From NCBI GenBank assembly GCA_037441385.1, contig JBBISH010000054.1, positions 1 through 40,197 of the forward strand: a stretch of 40,197 nt of DNA, in the 5' to 3' direction. Below, piece by piece: positions 37,767 through 40,197 of the stretch (position 1 is the first letter of the stretch; every line of letters starts with the position of its first letter). The DNA comes from Myxococcales bacterium. GTDB lineage: Bacteria; Myxococcota_A; UBA9042. The translations under genes were made by a program, and so were the position numbers. The notes under the pieces were generated by a model. The model was given only the letters and a program-made list of their open reading frames with translations. It made no database searches and had not been told where the DNA came from.

Positions 37767-38872
37767 GCCCCGCCGCCGCCAGCCCGCCGCCCGAGGTCGT
37801 GTACCGCTGGGACCTGGACAAGACCTATCTGCACACGGATTTTTCGACCGTGCAGGGGCTGCTCACCGCCGCGATCGAGAGCGCGCAACGCCGCAGGACC
37901 ATTCCGGGAATGCGCGCGCTGCTGTCGGCGCTGTCGCAGACCTTTGACGCGCGCGTGGTGGTGGTATCCGGCAGCCCGGTGTTCTTGCGACGGCGCATTC
38001 TGGCGATGTTCCAGCTGCACGGCATCCGCTGCGATCGCTTGGTGCTCAAGGACTTTGGCGCGGCGCTGCGGCGCGGTCGGGTGCGCACGCTGTCGGCGCA
38101 AGTGCCGTACAAGATGCGCGCGCACCTGGAGACGCGGCTGTGGCTGGCGGCGCGCGACGAGACGGCCCCCGAGATCTGCTTTGGCGACGACGCCGAGGTG
38201 GACGCCCTGGTCTATTGCCTGTACGCCGACGTGTGTGCCCGCCGTGTGCCCCCGGCGCGCTTGGCGCGGATTCTGGACGTCTGTGGCGCCTATCCCGATG
38301 AAATCGAAGCCATCTTGGAGCGTGCCGGGCTGGTGGCCAACGCCGATCCGGTGCGGCGGATCTTCATTCACCTGGAGGGCAATTCGCCGCCCAGCCGCTT
38401 TGGGGCCTACCGCGGACGGGTGACGGCGACCTTCAATGCGCTGCAGATCGCCCTGAATTTGGCCAGCGAAGGCCTGGCGGACGAGCGCGTCTTGACCGCC
38501 GTGGCCGAGGAGTTGGTCCGCGAGCACAAGATTGGCGCCGATGGCCTGGCGGGCTCGATCGAGGACGCGGCGCGGCGCGGGCTGTGCACCCGCGAGCTGG
38601 CCGAGCGGCTGGTGGTCGAGATCCTGCCGCGAACCGCGGCGTTGGATGCCGGCTTCAGCGCCGATTTTGGCCAGCGCGTGGCGCGGCGCCTTGGCCAGAG
38701 CATGCCGGTGGATAGCCCAAGCAGTCTGGCGAACGAACTGCCGCAACCCCTGCCGTACGAACAGCTTTTTGAGGCCGAGCGCGCGTTCGCTCACGCCAAG
38801 AAGCTGGCGCGCAAGACCGCCGAGCGCATCGGTGGGCTGACCGATTTCTTGGGATCCCCGCACGACGACTGA
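37763..38872 (+). CDS. HAD-superfamily phosphatase, App1/lipin-like phosphatidate phosphatase family (DUF2183-like)
   Basis: WDLDKT (DxDxT), VVSGSP, YK, FGDDAEVD; ATGA overlap with the PlsX-like gene. Confidence 0.75.
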   Translation: MSPAAASPPPEVVYRWDLDKTYLHTDFSTVQGLLTAAIESAQRRRTIPGMRALLSALSQTFDARVVVVSGSPVFLRRRILAMFQLHGIRCDRLVLKDFGAALRRGRVRTLSAQVPYKMRAHLETRLWLAARDETAPEICFGDDAEVDALVYCLYADVCARRVPPARLARILDVCGAYPDEIEAILERAGLVANADPVRRIFIHLEGNSPPSRFGAYRGRVTATFNALQIALNLASEGLADERVLTAVAEELVREHKIGADGLAGSIEDAARRGLCTRELAERLVVEILPRTAALDAGFSADFGQRVARRLGQSMPVDSPSSLANELPQPLPYEQLFEAERAFAHAKKLARKTAERIGGLTDFLGSPHDD

Positions 38873-38896
38873 TCGAATCCGAACGGGAGGACCGCC

Positions 38897-39952
38897 ATGC
38901 CCATGACCAAGCAAGCGCCGACCGCTACAAAGAAAACTCCGGCGCCGCAGAGTGGACACACGCCGAACACCACCTCTTCGACCCACCAGCAGGCGCAAGC
39001 GCAGCTCAAGGGCACGGGCGGCTACGCCCAGCAGCAGGCGGCGGTCAAGCCCAAGCCGGTCGCGCCGACGAGCAAGACGGACACCAAGCCCGCGACCAAC
39101 CTGGGGATTCCGGGCGCGGCGGGTCAGGCGCAAGGCGGCCTGCCGGACACATTGCAGACCTTGCCCAGCGGCAAGCGGGTGGCGCACGGCACCGATCCCG
39201 GCGATTTCTATTGCGAACACATGTTCTACTCGACCCAGGTGGCCGCCCAGCAGCCGGGCACGTCTATCCTACGCAATGAGCAGGGTGAGTCGCTGACCGG
39301 TTTCTTGCACATGCCGGGCGATCGCGAGGCCACAGACAACGCCAGCGAAGACTACACGCGCAAAACCAGCCAGAAGGACGCGCAGGCGGTGGTGGGCTCG
39401 GCGCTGCGCGGCTGGATCGACACGGCGCTGCCGCAGGTCAGCTCGGGGCCGGTGCGCATGCTGTTGACCGGCTACGCCAACTGGGGCTCGGTGGTGAACA
39501 ACCCCACCGGCGGCTTTGTGTCGGCCAAGAAGAACCTGGACGCGGCGATGGCCCAGGCGTTTGGGGCGCAGTTGAAGACCAAGCAGGGCAAGGCCGTGGA
39601 TCAGGGCGCCGGCACTCACGTTTTCCAGACCTGGTCGTACCGCATCGCCACCGCCACGGGCGAGCGCGAGGTGCAGCTGCGCGGGCAAGTCTTCCCAGTG
39701 GGCGACGAGACCATCGATCGCGGCGCCGCCTCGGTGCAGCAGGCCATCGCCGATTGGGCGCCCCATGGCGTGCTGTCGATGGGCGTGGCGGTGGGGCACG
39801 ACGACTTCTTGGCCGAGCACCACGCCGACGATGGCGGCCTGGACGACGCCCACGCCAAGCACGACGACGCCCAGGGTCCGCGGCACAACCTGCCGGACAA
39901 CTATGCGCTGGCGCGGGGCATTCAAGCCGGCCAGAAGGCCAGGGGCAAGTAG
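38897..39952 (+). CDS. Circularly permuted pyroglutamyl-peptidase I (peptidase C15)-like protein with low-complexity N-terminal leader
   Basis: GGGAGG RBS; DPGDFYCEHMFY and GFLHMP precede MLLTGYANWG..NPT, VFPV, VLSMGV and LAEHHA. Confidence 0.75.
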   Translation: MPMTKQAPTATKKTPAPQSGHTPNTTSSTHQQAQAQLKGTGGYAQQQAAVKPKPVAPTSKTDTKPATNLGIPGAAGQAQGGLPDTLQTLPSGKRVAHGTDPGDFYCEHMFYSTQVAAQQPGTSILRNEQGESLTGFLHMPGDREATDNASEDYTRKTSQKDAQAVVGSALRGWIDTALPQVSSGPVRMLLTGYANWGSVVNNPTGGFVSAKKNLDAAMAQAFGAQLKTKQGKAVDQGAGTHVFQTWSYRIATATGEREVQLRGQVFPVGDETIDRGAASVQQAIADWAPHGVLSMGVAVGHDDFLAEHHADDGGLDDAHAKHDDAQGPRHNLPDNYALARGIQAGQKARGK

Positions 39953-40077
39953 CGGCGACCGCGCGGAATTGCGAACGCGGACGCGGGCGGGCTGGGGGCG
40001 AAGTTCCCGCAGCGACACGGCCGTGGTAGGCTTGCGGGTACAATGCGCACACGCCAGCGCAGCAAGAGCCTGCACGC

Positions 40078-40197
40078 ATGAAAGTCCTTGAAACACGGGT
40101 CTATCAAGGCCCGAACCTGTATGCACACTTCCGCTGCATGCGGCTGACCCTGCAGCTGGGCGTCCTGGAAGACTGGCCCAGCGCCAAAATCCCAGGC
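40078..40197 (+). CDS. cphA: Cyanophycin synthetase N-terminus (3'-truncated by window edge)
   Basis: Manual translation MKVLETRVYQGPNLYAHFRCMRLTLQLGVLEDWPSAKIPG resembles the CphA N-domain start (..GPNxY/W..RLxLDLGxLExxPS..IPG). Only 40 codons are visible. Confidence 0.8.
   Translation, partial: MKVLETRVYQGPNLYAHFRCMRLTLQLGVLEDWPSAKIPG

Overview
GC-rich chromosomal segment. Its content (many lipoproteins with Asp/Thr/Ala-rich linkers, CDDGNxCT Cys repeats, a Hanks-type kinase, ASPIC/FG-GAP protein, Lon) suggests a Myxococcota-like deltaproteobacterium; this is an inference. About 31 genes are supported, mostly envelope/exported proteins and lipid or housekeeping enzymes. The window starts inside a double-hotdog (MaoC/Mch-like) hydratase gene and ends in the first 40 codons of a cyanophycin synthetase (cphA) that the ORF track missed. 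No rRNA, tRNA, CRISPR array, transposase or integrase was seen. The most unusual items are: (1) a circularly permuted pyroglutamyl-peptidase-I (C15)-like protein; (2) a lipoprotein-type dikinase with the His-swivel-then-ATP-grasp order of glucan-water dikinases; (3) a D-cysteine-desulfhydrase-like PLP enzyme fused to a twin-arginine GMC partner subunit and coupled to a GMC oxidoreductase; (4) a degenerate PlsX coupled to an App1/lipin-type phosphatase; (5) a clan-CD-like His/Cys lipoprotein; (6) two long intergenic regions with perfect palindromes and hairpins. All family calls come from motif recognition by eye, not database searches.
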